64,000 nucleotides of DNA from Hormiphora californensis (taxonomy: Eukaryota > Animalia > Ctenophora): contig CM035355.1 in the NCBI GenBank assembly GCA_020137815.1, positions 4,650,001 to 4,714,000 on the forward strand. Direction: 5' to 3'. This document shows, piece by piece, positions 49,411 through 62,210 of this stretch (position 1 is its first letter; the number at the start of each line of letters is the position of its first letter). Position numbers and translations under genes: made by a program. The notes below the pieces were generated by a model. That model did not search any database and had not been told where the DNA came from. It was given only the letters and a program-made list of their open reading frames with translations.

Positions 49411-50539
49411 TCAGAATCGCTCACTCATTCTACTTGCGACTGTCCTCATTTTACCATAAACCTTGGCAGGCGGGGACCCCAAAATCAAATTACAGATCGC
49501 CGTTCGGGCGATTCTCATGTTTTGGAAAGATCCGAGAATGTGAATTTTAGAGTCTGCAAGAACGATCCTGGTCTTGGTGACATTTTCAATTGTGTACTTG
49601 GTCCTCCCACCCTTACCAGCAATTCGACCGATGGCACGGGCGAGATGGTCTCCTTTCAGGGTTGTCTTCACATCAGCGATCTCAAAACTTTCTAAAAAGA
49701 GATCATCCAATCGGATTAGAGCGAGACAATCCTCCAAATCGAAACCAAGGGCAAAAGCTCGCACGAAATCGGCCGCCTTTTGGATTGAGCCAACATCGGC
49801 TGTTTCTGGTGAGGTTTTCAGCTCGACATTCCTAGTTTTCACATTAAACCGGATTTGCAGCTTCAGGTGCTCCACTACCGGTGTGTAGATCTTCATCCAG
49901 CTCTCTTTGAGAGGGGTAAACCTGGGAGAAAGGAGGGTTCTTAGTAACCAGGATAGAGAGAGAAAGAGAATTGAGTTAGTTTTCAGAGAGAAGATTAGTA
50001 TAGTAACCAACTAAAACTTAGTTACTTTGAGAACGAGAGTGTTACTAATAAACAACTTTGTTTTCAGACAAACTACAGCAGATAGAAGAATTGCACCAGC
50101 TGGGCCGAGAACAGCTGTTGGTACACGCAATTGTTATGAGGAAGATACCATGTACTAGGTTGAAAAGAGTTTTATCGAATATTACTCTTATCTTTGCTTA
50201 TAAAGGGATTTCTGGTAAAGTGCTCGACAGGATCAAGATTCTGGAGCTGATTACAAAGTAATGCAAGAATTAATAATTATTAAATCTTGCATTACATACT
50301 TTGGAGTTTGGAATATTACTCTTATTATATTCTTAGATCTTACTCTATCGAAACATAACTCACCTGTGAGGTGGGATTGGAATCTTCCTGAACTCTGATT
50401 TGTCACTCTTTAGTTTCTCAGCCGAGATGGGAGGAAAGGAGGGCTTCTTGACACTGACATCCTCATCCAGCTCCATTTCCTCTGGCCGGGCCCGTTTCGG
50501 GGTGGTCTTAGACGAACCTGCTGCTTGTTCTTCTGACAT
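49411..50539 (-). CDS. PNO1: Partner of NOB1 (Dim2), KH-domain 40S biogenesis factor, 2 exons
   Basis: Exon 50364-50539 (...[11 protein letters not shown]) joins exon 49411-49921 ([26 protein letters not shown]...[47 protein letters not shown]...GSPPAKVYG). Confidence 0.97.
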
Positions 50540-50813
50540 TGCTGTGTGGGTGCTAGAATCGGGGATATATTGGGTTAGTTTCAAGGCATGCAGTGGTAAT
50601 CGGAAAAAGTTCATTTGCCGATTGGGTATTGAAGACACGCCAGATTTAAACAAAACGATATCATTCTATATTCCTACAAACTAACATGACAAAGAAAACA
50701 AATAAAACTTCAAAAACAATGGTACCCAGACTTAAACCATGCAACTCAACAAATCAAAAAAGAAAAACATGCTTTTATCTGCTCAGTCAGTAAACCCACT
50801 CGAAAAAGTTATT

Positions 50814-53116
50814 TTAATAAGCCAGAGTCAAAGTTAATTGTTCTGGCGATGGACAGTTAATTATAAACCTATCCTCATCTTCCAGCTTATCAATATGTTT
50901 CCTTAGCAACGCAAACTGTGCCATGATCTGAGACCTGATTGGTCGGAATAAGATCGCCTCAGTTTCCGCGTTAGCCAGATAAAGTCCCATCAGATTCTTG
51001 ACACCCGGTAGTTTGTTGGAGATGCGCTGGTTTGTTTCCGACACCACATTACGGTATTGTTCCATTGTAATCGCAGTGGTTGAGTTAGTGTCAATTTGGG
51101 CTAGAAATGCGTAGATTGGGGAGGAGAGAAGTGTCGCGGCTGTGGTAATGAAATCGGTACAGCCCTGGGGAAGAAAGGGAGGTTAGAAAAAAGAAAAGGA
51201 AGGCTAGTAAAAAAGAAATTTGATTTTAAAACTCAGTGGCAATATAAATTATAAAAGCACTGAAAAACAACAGGTCTGTATTATACCTCTTTCAGGTTGA
51301 CATCAACATCTTTCTTACTATCCAGGACCCTCTTATTAAGCTGTGGAGCTCCGTTAATCAGGAACTCGAGAATGGAGTTATTGGAGGTCAGAGAGAGCAT
51401 CCTACTCTTGTTTGTGATCAAATCCGAGGCGGCAATCTTTAGGTTCGAGAAATCCAATGACACCTCACTGACTGTAAAACTAACATCGAATGGAGCTATT
51501 TGCTCCCTTAGGATCAGCAGATGTTTGATCAGGAATAACTGGGAGTCAAGGAGGGAGCTTCGTTCCATAATCTGCATCCCCGCATTCCTGAGAGAGTCGA
51601 TGGAAGCGGCAAGACACTCCTGAGCTAAACTCTCGAACACACTAGTATGGGTGCACCGGTACAGCTTACTGAGACAGATAAGTGCCCGTCGTACAGTAGG
51701 ATACCACATACTATACTGGTTTGAGAGGTCCTCGCCCAGTTTTTGTGGGTACGCTAGATCCCCAGCGGAGGGAGCATAGTTGGTGATATCGGAGGTAATG
51801 TAATGTTGTGTCCGGTAACTAAGTCTCTCCTGAGCATCCTCCAACATCTGCACTGCTAATAACCCGAACGCCTCCAAACACTCTCCCTTACTAGATACCT
51901 GATCCTCTATAATATCATTTTTCAGTACATTACAAATGTCTGCAAGGTTTTCAAATTGCACCTGCTGGATAATGAGAGGCCGGAAATAATCGTACAACAC
52001 AGAGGTCAAGTTTTCCAATAGTCCCTGTAGGATGAGATCACTTTTAGCGAAGAAGCAATGGTAAAGAGCATGTTCATCCTCACATATCCTGACTAGCATC
52101 ATACAACTAGTTCTAATAAAGGTGCAATGATCCCCTGAATGGAGCTTGTGAAGTCTGGCCAACTCATTGGATATGACCGGCTGAATAAGGAGTTGCCGTT
52201 GGTAGCAGTAGCAGGTATAGCAGTCCTGCATGACTTGGAGGTACTCCTGGTTCTTCTCACTCCGTCCCTCAATCTGCTCCATTAATACTTTAACTCGGGG
52301 ACTCTGGGTTTGGAATTTGGAGTAAAACTGGGCGAATGTAGGGTCGTTAGGCACAACGGACGCGAAGGATGCGGGTGTTACAGATGTGGCCACCGATCTA
52401 ATGGTGTTCACTATGTAGGATCGAAGGAGGGTAAGTGCACGGACAAGACATTGCTGGTATTTGGCAAGGTAAGTTGGCGATTCCTTGTAGTTTGGGTGTT
52501 CCTGCATGAACTGGACACACTCATCAATTCGAATCAACATGGGTACGAATGCCTCACCCATAACGTTAATCGCACTGCTGTTCAACTTTGTCCCAATACG
52601 TTCATGCTCTGTGAAGTAGACTAGTTGTTGAGATATACTCCGTCCAAGATCCTCTAAGTCTTGTTGCTCCTGCATCAAAAATTCACAACTATCGTGAAGA
52701 GCCTCCGTTGTCCGGCTGACCATTCGATACTGCTCAGACAGTTCTCGCAAGTGGTCAAGGGCCGATTTAACCCCATTTAACACAGCATCACATCTCCTTC
52801 GGTGTTCTTTCAGCATACTCTTGTATTCGTGATAACCAGACTCCTGATCACGCTCCATATCCCTTTCAATCGTGTGGAACCACTCGTAGAACTGATGGGC
52901 GTTGTTGATAACTGAAGATTGGTCGTCCCCACTGGAAGCCTGCTCGGCTACATCAGCAGAAGGTAGGTCGATGTCCTCTGGGGCACTGGACCAAGTTGCC
53001 AGCTCCAGAACGTGGTCTTTCTGCTCCTGGGTAAGAGTGGTACAGCTCTCCCACTGGGACAGGCGGTCACGGACCAGTTTCGATTGGGCGGCATTTCCCA
53101 CGATCTGGATACTCAT
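50814..53116 (-). CDS. COG3: Conserved oligomeric Golgi complex subunit 3 (Sec34), 2 exons
   Basis: Exon 51287-53116 (QFYEWF, HPNYKESPTYLAKYQQCL, LEDAQERLSYRTQHYI, DLAYPQKL, WYPTVRRALICLSKLYRC, QLFLIKHLLILREQIAPF, DSKKDVD) joins exon 50814-51164 (LYLANAETEAILFRPI). Confidence 0.96.
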
Positions 53117-53682
53117 CCTACGGTAATTCGGGGAGGGTTTTTAGTTGTTACATGCGGATTAACAGTGTTCAACACGTTGTTAAAGCAGCTGGAACACAGA
53201 AAAGGGCCGATTTTTGGCATACGTTGCAGGCCCCTTATGAGGGGGCTGCAGCGCATTCCAAGGCCGATTTTTAAAAAAGCCAAAATTCTAAATTTTCAAG
53301 TTTATGCCAGGGCTGCGCGCGAGATGAGAAATTGTATAGAAGCGCGGCGCTTATCGGCGGTGAAAATGACAAAAACTCGCACTCTCTAGGAAACAGATTT
53401 CTAGCTTAACCAGAACCTTCAAATTGTCCGTTCGGACTGATCTCTGGATCCCTCTAGCTTACTCAAGGGGAATAGATAGTGTGCTGAGCAACTGTTCTGA
53501 GCATTTGAAGCTTGAATTTGAAATTAATCGAAGAACTGCCGGGCGTCGGCCGATTTAGATTGGAAATTGTACCACAAATATTTTGTTTTTTGAAAAGAAA
53601 TAACTTAAGTCGAATAAAAAACCCTGACAATCAAGGCCCCTGCTAAAATAAAAGCTGTCCACAGTCCTCTAAACAAATACAA

Positions 53683-56600
53683 TCACACAGATATCGTTTT
53701 GAAGACATTGAAATCGTTGAGGGATGTGGTGAGAAGGAGCCCAGAAATGAAGGGATGCCAATGTAACTCCTTAATCTCCTCCTGGCCTTGGTGAATAAAC
53801 AGCAACTGGGGCGGAACCTGGAAGAGAGAGAGAGAGAAGAGGACGTTAGGGGCACGGTGAGTAAGAGAGGTAAATATTAGGTATGCATGAACATGGGAGA
53901 GCTGTAATTAGCTAGGCGGGTAGTGATAATTAAGCAATCACAAATGCTAAGTCTGGCAGTGCCACCCAACCAATTTCCATCTTACCTCGGTATCATTGAT
54001 GACCAGTGGTTCAGCGCTCTCCACACCAAGATCCCAGAGAGAGACCTGGTTATCTTCCCCACTTGCCCCAAACACGGAGCTGTCCGTTGGGTGCCACTCC
54101 ACACTCGTTATCGGACCTACAGAACAAGGGATAGCTACTTGTATTTATTTTTTTTGGATCGTCCCCGTGCTAAAATTTGTAACAAGCAGTTGATGTATTC
54201 AGAACAAAGTGACTGACATCTGTGCCACTCTACAAGCACGGGTCAGATAACGAGTCGAATGGATACCTGAGTGATGTTTGAAAAGAGCAGCATGAGAGTC
54301 CAGTTTCCGGAGATCCCAGATCTTCAGGACCCCATCATCCCCACCAGACACGATAAAGGGCTCTGTTCTGGAGAGGGGAGGTTGTGAGATTGAACTTGGA
54401 GCTCTTGGTTTCATTGTTGGTGACATATAGACACCTGGCGCTACCCCCGCCAGGTGTCTATGTCACCAAGTTTCATTGGGGGCTCGAATAGTGCGAACAA
54501 GATAAAGTACTGCATCAACAACCTGCAGCACTACGACACAAACAAGTGATATACGGTGTGGACTGTGGTGTGGGGATTCTACCGATGTAGTACCTGTTCC
54601 AGTTGATAACATTAACATCAGAAGTATGTGCATCAGGAACAGTTATCATACAGGCCTTGTGATGTGGTGCTCGGTCGTCCCAGATTCGGATAGTCTTATC
54701 CACGGAACAAGAAGCAAAGACGTGTTCCTCATTCGGGGACCACTGGAGGAAAAATGATAACGAATATTTATTAAAATGATAGGGTTTTAGGAACTGGGGT
54801 TTCAAAAAGTAACAGTATCCTAGTGGGAAGGGCCTATCGTTGCTTGTATTATATTGCTCTGGAAGAAATGTCCCTCCTCAGGTCTCATCTGAGTATATCA
54901 GTTATCAACTATTGAATCATTACAATCAGAGGTATCTGGTATTAGGTTGAAATATTACAATTGACAGGAGGAAAGGAGTTCAACACTAACCTGTATATCT
55001 TCCACACTCTCGTGATGGCTGCTAAACGTCTGCTGACTAACCAACCAATCAGACTCCCGAGGTGTCCACAGATGGATGTGCCTGGTACAATCCCCTGTTA
55101 GCAAATAACCCTGTCGTGTGGGAGACCAATCCATACCAAACCCTTCCTCGACATGTCCTCCAAATGTGAACACTGGTTTAACTTTTTGTACGTCCTTGTT
55201 TGAAGAAGCTGTCTCAAGGGAGGAGAGTTGGGGGCCGATGTCCCAAATGTGGACCTTGCCTTTCTCGGACCATGTCGCTACATAGGTCTTGGCGTCGGTC
55301 GAGTGTGGACATATCTGAAACACATGGATTGTTATGTTGCCGACTGAAACTAAATTAGGAGAAACTAGGATACATGAAGGGGGTATCATTGGAGGGAGGA
55401 GGGTGGCAATATTTTACCCTGATTCTGTTGACGGTGCCCTGATGATAAATCTCTGCAGTTTCTAGAACCTCCTTTGATTTCCCATCCTCTTCATCATCCT
55501 CCTTTTCAACATCTTCATCGTCACTTTTCTCTTCCTCCTCTTTTTCCTCTTCTTCTGCAGGAAATTAGAAATGTTGACACTGTCCCTCGCAGAAGTCGCT
55601 TCGCTAAATCACTAAGTTAGTGAAGTTTTCGCTGTGAGGAACAGTGTAGGCTTTGAAGAGATATGACTGAATAAATACGATCCTTGATCTAGATCAAATC
55701 CCAACAATCTCACCATTTTGTTCCCTGTTCAAGTTGCTCATCTTCATGATTATAACGCTGTTCTTCTTGCCCTTGTCCGCCTGAGTGCCGGCCACTGTGT
55801 ACGCTGTAATAGGGTATCCCTCCCGTGGTCCTAGCCTGTCCTTCAGTACATCAAATGAGAGACAAGATGCACGGGCCCGGAACTGAGGATGGGACAGTTA
55901 GGGTAGTTATTTGAATTTAGAATTGGTAATAATTATAATACTTAGAATGGGCAATAAGTGATTGGGTTGAACTGGAATCTAGAGTTGGAAAAGTTATCTA
56001 TCGTGTTTAGATTATGTAGTGTGACAACATACCGTGTGCAGCATTTCATAGGCACTCATATCAGGAGTAAGCTCTTCGCCGGCTTCAATATCTTTTGGAA
56101 GGTATGTTTTGAGTTGGGTCTTCTCTCCAGTCTCTGTGGTCCCAGTCTCTGTGGTCTCTGAAGAATGGGGGAAGGTGACACTCAAGACACTGAATACATT
56201 ACACATGTGTGCAGCTGTCACAGCTGTGTATAAAATGTACATTTTATACATTGTACACGGCGGAAAAGGCAGTCATGAATTGATGAGGACGCGCGCTTGA
56301 CACTCTACAAGGTCGCCGCGCGTTACGTAAAGTTGGTTTGATAGCACGTGAAGAGAGCGGGGAGCGAGGAATAAATCAGAGTGCAACAAGAATAAAGAAT
56401 AAAATGCCAGTTGAAGAGGACCGCTGAAGAGGATCGGGTTGAGAAGTCTGTTACCAAGGAGCACTGAAAACCTCCTGAACAATTCCTGGTGGAGTAACAG
56501 GGTTGATCGAGCTGAGAGTTATTGTACACGGTAAAGTGAAGTGAATTGTGAAGACGAAGGATAGCCAAAGAATCACTTGGATCCAAAACAACTCCAGTCT

Positions 56601-56900
56601 TCATCGCCATCATATTTCCAGTCGATGAAGCGGCTCCTGTTCTTTCTTTCTGCCCTAATCCTAGTCTTCAGACTTTTCAGAAAAATTGGTCAGACACCCC
56701 CCCCCCCCCCCCCCCCCCCCGTCAGACACCAGAGATCCAATGAGAAATGGGGAAGAAGGAGCGGGGGGGGGGGGGAGTACCCTGTGAACTGGGCATTATG
56801 TAAAAAACAATGTATCAGACAGGGGATGGTGTATAAATTTCAATTTGCTCTCACCTGTCTGCTCCTCGGTCATTTCATCTTCTTCATTTATTCCCATCAT
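53683..56900 (-). CDS. GRWD1: Glutamate-rich WD repeat protein 1 (Rrb1), ~9 exons
   Basis: Peptides: [152 protein letters not shown]. Ends [10 protein letters not shown]. Confidence 0.95.
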
Positions 56901-57427
56901 CTTGAAACTATGTAATGTAAAAGGGGTTAGGGATACTTGTATAGATATCCCTTCTAATTCCTGATATTTTTACTTTAATTTTGATTACACCCAAAATAAT
57001 TACCTTATATATAATTACCCGACCCTGTTTCACAAATGTAAAGGAGTGTTGGAACATAACAACAAAATAACACATCAGTTTTATAATTGGCTATAACCGA
57101 AAGTCGTGTTTTTAACCTTATTTGAAACACACATACATGTATATTCTCTGATTTCTGATGACAGTTCATCCCAGATACATTGGAAAGTTCTTTGAAGTTT
57201 TTCTAGTGCACCCGGGATAAAGATTACAAGATCATTTTACCATTTATAATGTTTATTTTATCAAAACTAAAGTCCAACAGGTCCGACACCGTTGTTGCAA
57301 CACATACTAGATTGCGATGCATGTCCGATACAAGGTTTACAAATAGATAGTTTTATACAATATAAAGGGCTTCCCGTAGTGGGTCCCCCATAAATTATTT
57401 AAACGCTACTGACTACTCCATACCGGC

Positions 57428-58120
57428 CTACACAGATATTAGACATGCCGGAGAGAGATTGTTTGGGAGTACCGGGTATCTCATACTGGGGGGACAGTCA
57501 TTGAAGCTGTTTAGGAACTTCCCCAGCTCCGCTTTGAATTCACCCAATGATTGACAAGAGTTTACAGATTTCGGTAGACAGTTCCACAGGTGGGCCGCCC
57601 GACAGCCGAATGAGTTATGGAACTGATTTGCCCGTTTAGTTTCAGCTCTATAAGGATAAGGTGGTGGTATAGCCCGTACCCCTAGCCTCCGGGACGTTTG
57701 GAAGGTAATATCAGCTGAGTTTGGAACCAGCTCATGCATGGTGAGTCTTCCAGGTATGAATGAGTAGGTATCGCTGTCTCCTCCTTTGAAGTGACATCAT
57801 CCGGAGCTTTCTGAGTCTGGAACAGTAATCCAACTTTTTCATTCCTTCACGTCTTCTGACGAAACACTGCCGGACATTTTCAATTGCCTTGATATCCCCC
57901 ACTTTAGATTTAGGACACCATACCAGGCAGCAGTATTCCAGAATAGGCTGTACCAATGACTTGTACAACTGCAACATAACCTCCGGGGTTCGATCCCTAA
58001 ACACAATAAAGATCCAACCGGTAAGAAGAGACGTACTATGGTAGATGTGTCTCGATCATGAGCCATCTGCTGATATTAGTACGCCCAGGTCACGCACATT
58101 TGAATAACGTGTGTATACAA
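57428..58120 (-). pseudogene. Degenerate CR1/L2-type LINE fragment (RT thumb and C-terminal region)
   Basis: VRDLGVLISAD, FRDRTPEVMLQLYKSLVQPILEYCCLVWCP, LDYCSRLRKLRMMSLQRRRQR, NSFGCRAAHLWNCLPKSVNSCQSLGEFKAELGKFL, spread over frameshifted pieces. Confidence 0.85.
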
Positions 58121-58263
58121 TTCCGGGTAATGAAAATGTGTGTAAACACAGTACACACAATTCTGTCAATGCTATCTCTGTCATCAAGAGCCAAAAGGCA
58201 AAATAATCGCATTCCATTCTTTTCTCTCTCTCTCTCTCATTCTCTCTTTCAATGTCTTTCACT

Positions 58264-59732
58264 CACGGTGCCCCTGAAGGAAGTTCCACCTCGACCGAGT
58301 CCCCCAGCAAAACGAACGGTTGTGTGACCTCAAGGGGACCTCTGGGAACTACGCAGGACCGTGGGGGAAAAGATTTAAAAGTAGCCTAAAAAATTAAAAC
58401 GATAGAAAGATAGCTATCGTTTTTTTCACTTTGAAAATACGACGTTTCTTTAACAAAATCCTTGATCAGGAAGATGCAAGTGTCTCCCACCTATTTTTTG
58501 ACGTAGAATCGAATGCCGTTGAAGTCAAATCTCTAAAATGTTAGTAAAATGGTGAAAATCGCGTTTTTAGGTGTTTTTTGGTGAAAAAAGCGTTCAAACT
58601 GGTACTAGATGATGAGATAGAGTCCCAAAAGTATGACAAATCGCTTTTTTGGGACCTTTTCGCCCTAGAAGCAGATTTTTATGAAAATCTGGTTCAGCGC
58701 CTATTCTCTGTATACTTTCAAAGAATGTGAATATTGCTCTAATTTATCCAATTTTGAATAAAAGTCATCCAAAACAGTACTAGATGATGAGATAGTGGCC
58801 CAAAAATATAACTAATCGATTTTTTGGGTCTTTTCCGTCCTAGAAACAAATGTGCATGGCGGTCGGATGATACGTTTCCTCTCGGTAGGCCTCTGAAGTA
58901 GGTGGAAATAGCCAAAATATAGCGATTGCGGCAAATGAATGTGGATAAACGTTTACCAAACCCACTTCATCATCATGTATGGCTCTTGCATAGTCCAGTA
59001 GCCCAGAGATAGGTCATACATGATGCTAAAGTGGGTTTGGTCAACGTTTATTCACATTCATTTGCCGCAATCGCTATATTTTGGCTATTTCCACCTACTT
59101 CAGAGGCCTACCGAGAGGAAACGTATCATCCGACCGCCATGCACATTTGTTTCTAGGACGGAAAAGACCCAAAAAATCGATTAGTTATATTTTTGGGCCA
59201 CTATCTCATCATCTAGTACTGTTTTGGATGACTTTTATTCAAAATTGGCTAAATTAGAGCAATATTCACATTCTTTGAAAGTATACAGAGAATAGGCGCT
59301 GAACCAGATTTTCATAAAAATCTGCTTCTAGGGCGAAAAGGTCCCAAAAAAGCGATTTGTCATACTTTTGGGACTCTATCTCATCATCTAGTACCAGTTT
59401 GAACGCTTTTTTCACCAAAAAACACCTAAAAACGCGATTTTCACCATTTTACTAACATTTTAGAGATTTGACTTCAACGGCATTCAATTCTACGTCAAAA
59501 AATAGGTGGGAGACACTAGCATCTTCCTGATCAAGGATTTTGTTAAAGAAACGTCGTATTTTCAAAGTGAAAAAAACGATAGCTATCTTTCTATCGTTTT
59601 AATTTTTTAGGCTACTTTTAAATCTTTTCCCCCACGGTCCTGCGTAGTTCCCAGAGGTCCCCTTGAGGTCACACAACCGTTCGTTTTGCTGGGGGACTCG
59701 GTCGAGGTGGAACTTCCTTCAGGGGCACCGTG
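58264..59732. mobile_element. Near-palindromic non-autonomous DNA transposon with CAC...GTG termini and 4-bp TSD (Chapaev-like)
   Basis: CACT|CACGGTGCCCCTGAAGG...CCTTCAGGGGCACCGTG|CACT. Arms ~720 bp, spacer ~30 bp near 58984-59012. Confidence 0.87.
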
Positions 59733-60039
59733 CACTGTGTGTATCGGCCGTTAGGAACGGTAGCCGATAAGTCTACACACAGTTTGGGAACGTCTGTTGA
59801 TTATTAGCCAACACTCCTAGTGTGTTTCACCTTGTGTTGTCTCTCTTATTAATGTGCAATTACGATCGGGGCTTGTAAACTATGAACGTTTGTTAGATAA
59901 TCGCGTTATAGGTTTAAATCACCTCCTCGGGATCGGCGTCGTCACTTAAACCGGTTTAATCGCCCTGCCGGGCGATTAAACTCCAGTTGGCTGTCCCCAG
60001 CTCGCACTGGGAACAGCCAACTACAAGCTACAAACGTTC

Positions 60040-62210
60040 ATAGTACATATGTTCTAATCCTCCTATGGCGGAGCATGGAAAGAGGGTCGACCAAGGCAAG
60101 AAAATTCCAAGTGGGGCTTGGCTTTTTCTTCCATTCATCAAAGAAAAAGGCCCTCAATGTTGGCATAAGCTGCAGGCCTGTATGATGTGTCATTAAGCCA
60201 TAACTGAGCCAGAAAATGTCGAAAACTGGGCGGAGAAGGTATTTTTTAAATTTTTTGTTGGCAAACGTTGCTGGCCCCCGCAGCGCGGGATAAGTTGGCA
60301 TACGTTGCAGGCCCCTTATAATATAATATAAGGGGCCTGGAGGGAATACCGCGCTAGGGGGGAATACATAATCAATAATATCTCCGGTTCCAGATAAGGT
60401 ACAGAAATCGTTTTGGTAGCGTTGGAAAGAGGAAGATAACAGCTTTCAAATGCAACCGGTTTCAGGTCTCTATCTTATCAGGAACAGGAGATATGAACCA
60501 AACTCCGCAAAATCGAGTGCGGTAAAATCAAAATTTGAATGAAATTTTAAAAAAGGTGTCCCTGCAAGAATCTGTGACGTCACTTTTTGAAAACAACCCA
60601 TCTTTCAACGGCTATTGCTCAGCCTCCTTAAGTCCAATTAACTTCTCTCAAAAACAGCAAGGTAGATAATCGTCAGATCTAACAACTGGTGAAAGAATCA
60701 AGTCAAACGGACTTCAGGAGCCAAAGTTATAAGCACCGCCGTTTTTTCGACCGCAAAGTTATCTTCGACCCAGCCGGGATCAGGCCAAACGCGCGCGCGG
60801 CATTCCCTCCAGTCCCCTCGTTGCGGGGGTGCGCGCATGAGGGGGCTGCAGCGCATTCCAACGGGATAAGGCAGCGCTTTTCAAAATTTTTTGAAACGAG
60901 GTCGCGGGAAATTTTGTTCGGGAATTTTTGTGAATTTTCAACCATTCAAAATACGCGCGCGGCATCATTGGTCTGTTTTCTACGCGTGTTACGTTTGAAG
61001 CGTTGTAAACTTATTGATTTTAAGACGCGCGCGTTTAAGTTCTGCTCGAAAAATTCTTAAAATTTAAGTTTTCAAAGTTGTTAAAACCCTGATTTTTGGA
61101 CGGATCTCTTGTTTTTGGCATACAAGACAGCTATTTAAGACTTTTATCGAATTCGTAGGTGAGCTTTAGCGGGAGATCTCACCTTTTTTGGGCCGCACAG
61201 GCAAAATTAAAATCTGGGTGTCTTGAGCCCTCCATTGCTAACAACTCAACGATTGTGGGCGGTCGAGATGGGTCAGGGCTGCCCGTTAGGGTTTTGTTTG
61301 GGGTTATCGGTGAGTGCTATCGATTATCTATCAGATACCGTTTAGTTTACTCAAATTTTGCATTGCTATAGCCGTTTGAAGAAAGTCCGTCTAGAAAATG
61401 AAAGTGTACTCTTTTTGTTAGTGCACACAGGGACGGCGCTCGTGGGTGTCCGGGTGTCCGCGGACACCCCAGGGGCGGTGCGCGGCGTTCATCCACGAAA
61501 AAAAATTTGGGTCCAGCGCTGCATAAAATGTAACACGCGAGGTGGGTCTGGACCCTATTGGTCAATAGCGCTGCCGCATAAGCTTTTTCTCGCGCGCATT
61601 CGTTTTTTCAATTGAAAATCGGCTCATTTTTTCACTTTTTCCCCCCGATTTTTTCACTTTTTAGCAAGTTTTCCCATTTTCTTCTCCTCTCTCGTCCAAA
61701 AAGTGGGTCCTGGACCCACTGGACCCAGCCTTGCTTCGCCCCTGGGACACCCAGACCGAAAAGACGGAAAGAGAAAAGAAGAAAAAATGGAAAAAAACAA
61801 AAAGAATTTGAAAAAAATCGGTGAAAACTGCGAAATTTTGGATTTGCGCGCAGCCGGGTGTCCGGAGCTCTGCCGGACACCCAGGTGCACTGCGCGCACC
61901 TGTAACGCACGGCAGAGCATAAAGAGGGTTCTTCCACGCGCCACAGTGCATTTTGACGTGACCAGGGTGTCCGGTTCACCCAGAAAGTTGGGTGCGCGCG
62001 GATGAGTTGTTTTCTTGTGAACAGAAAACTTTCATCTTTTTTTCCATTTTTCACAAAAGGAGTTCAGAAATGCTTAAAATCGTTTAAAAACGCCTCAAAA
62101 TGTCCGAAATTTTCGGGGGCTTCGCCCCCTCAACCCCCACCGGGGCTTGCAGCCCCTGGACCCTGCCTGATTATAATGGCGCCCGGGCCACACTGCCGCG
62201 CTAACTAGTA
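60040..62210. repeat. Unclassified interspersed-repeat complex; related fragment at ~53200-53460
   Basis: GCATACGTTGCAGGCCCCTTAT (53217 and 60298) and TGAGGGGGCTGCAGCGCATTCCAA (53239 and 60838) are shared. CpG-rich, with no recognisable protein. Confidence 0.5.

Noticed and set aside
58264-58320. True V(D)J-type RSS or ProtoRAG terminus
   Set aside because: Only a heptamer-like match. No nonamer at 12/23 spacing, the ends are symmetric, the TSD is 4 bp rather than 5, and no RAG/Transib ORF is in the window.
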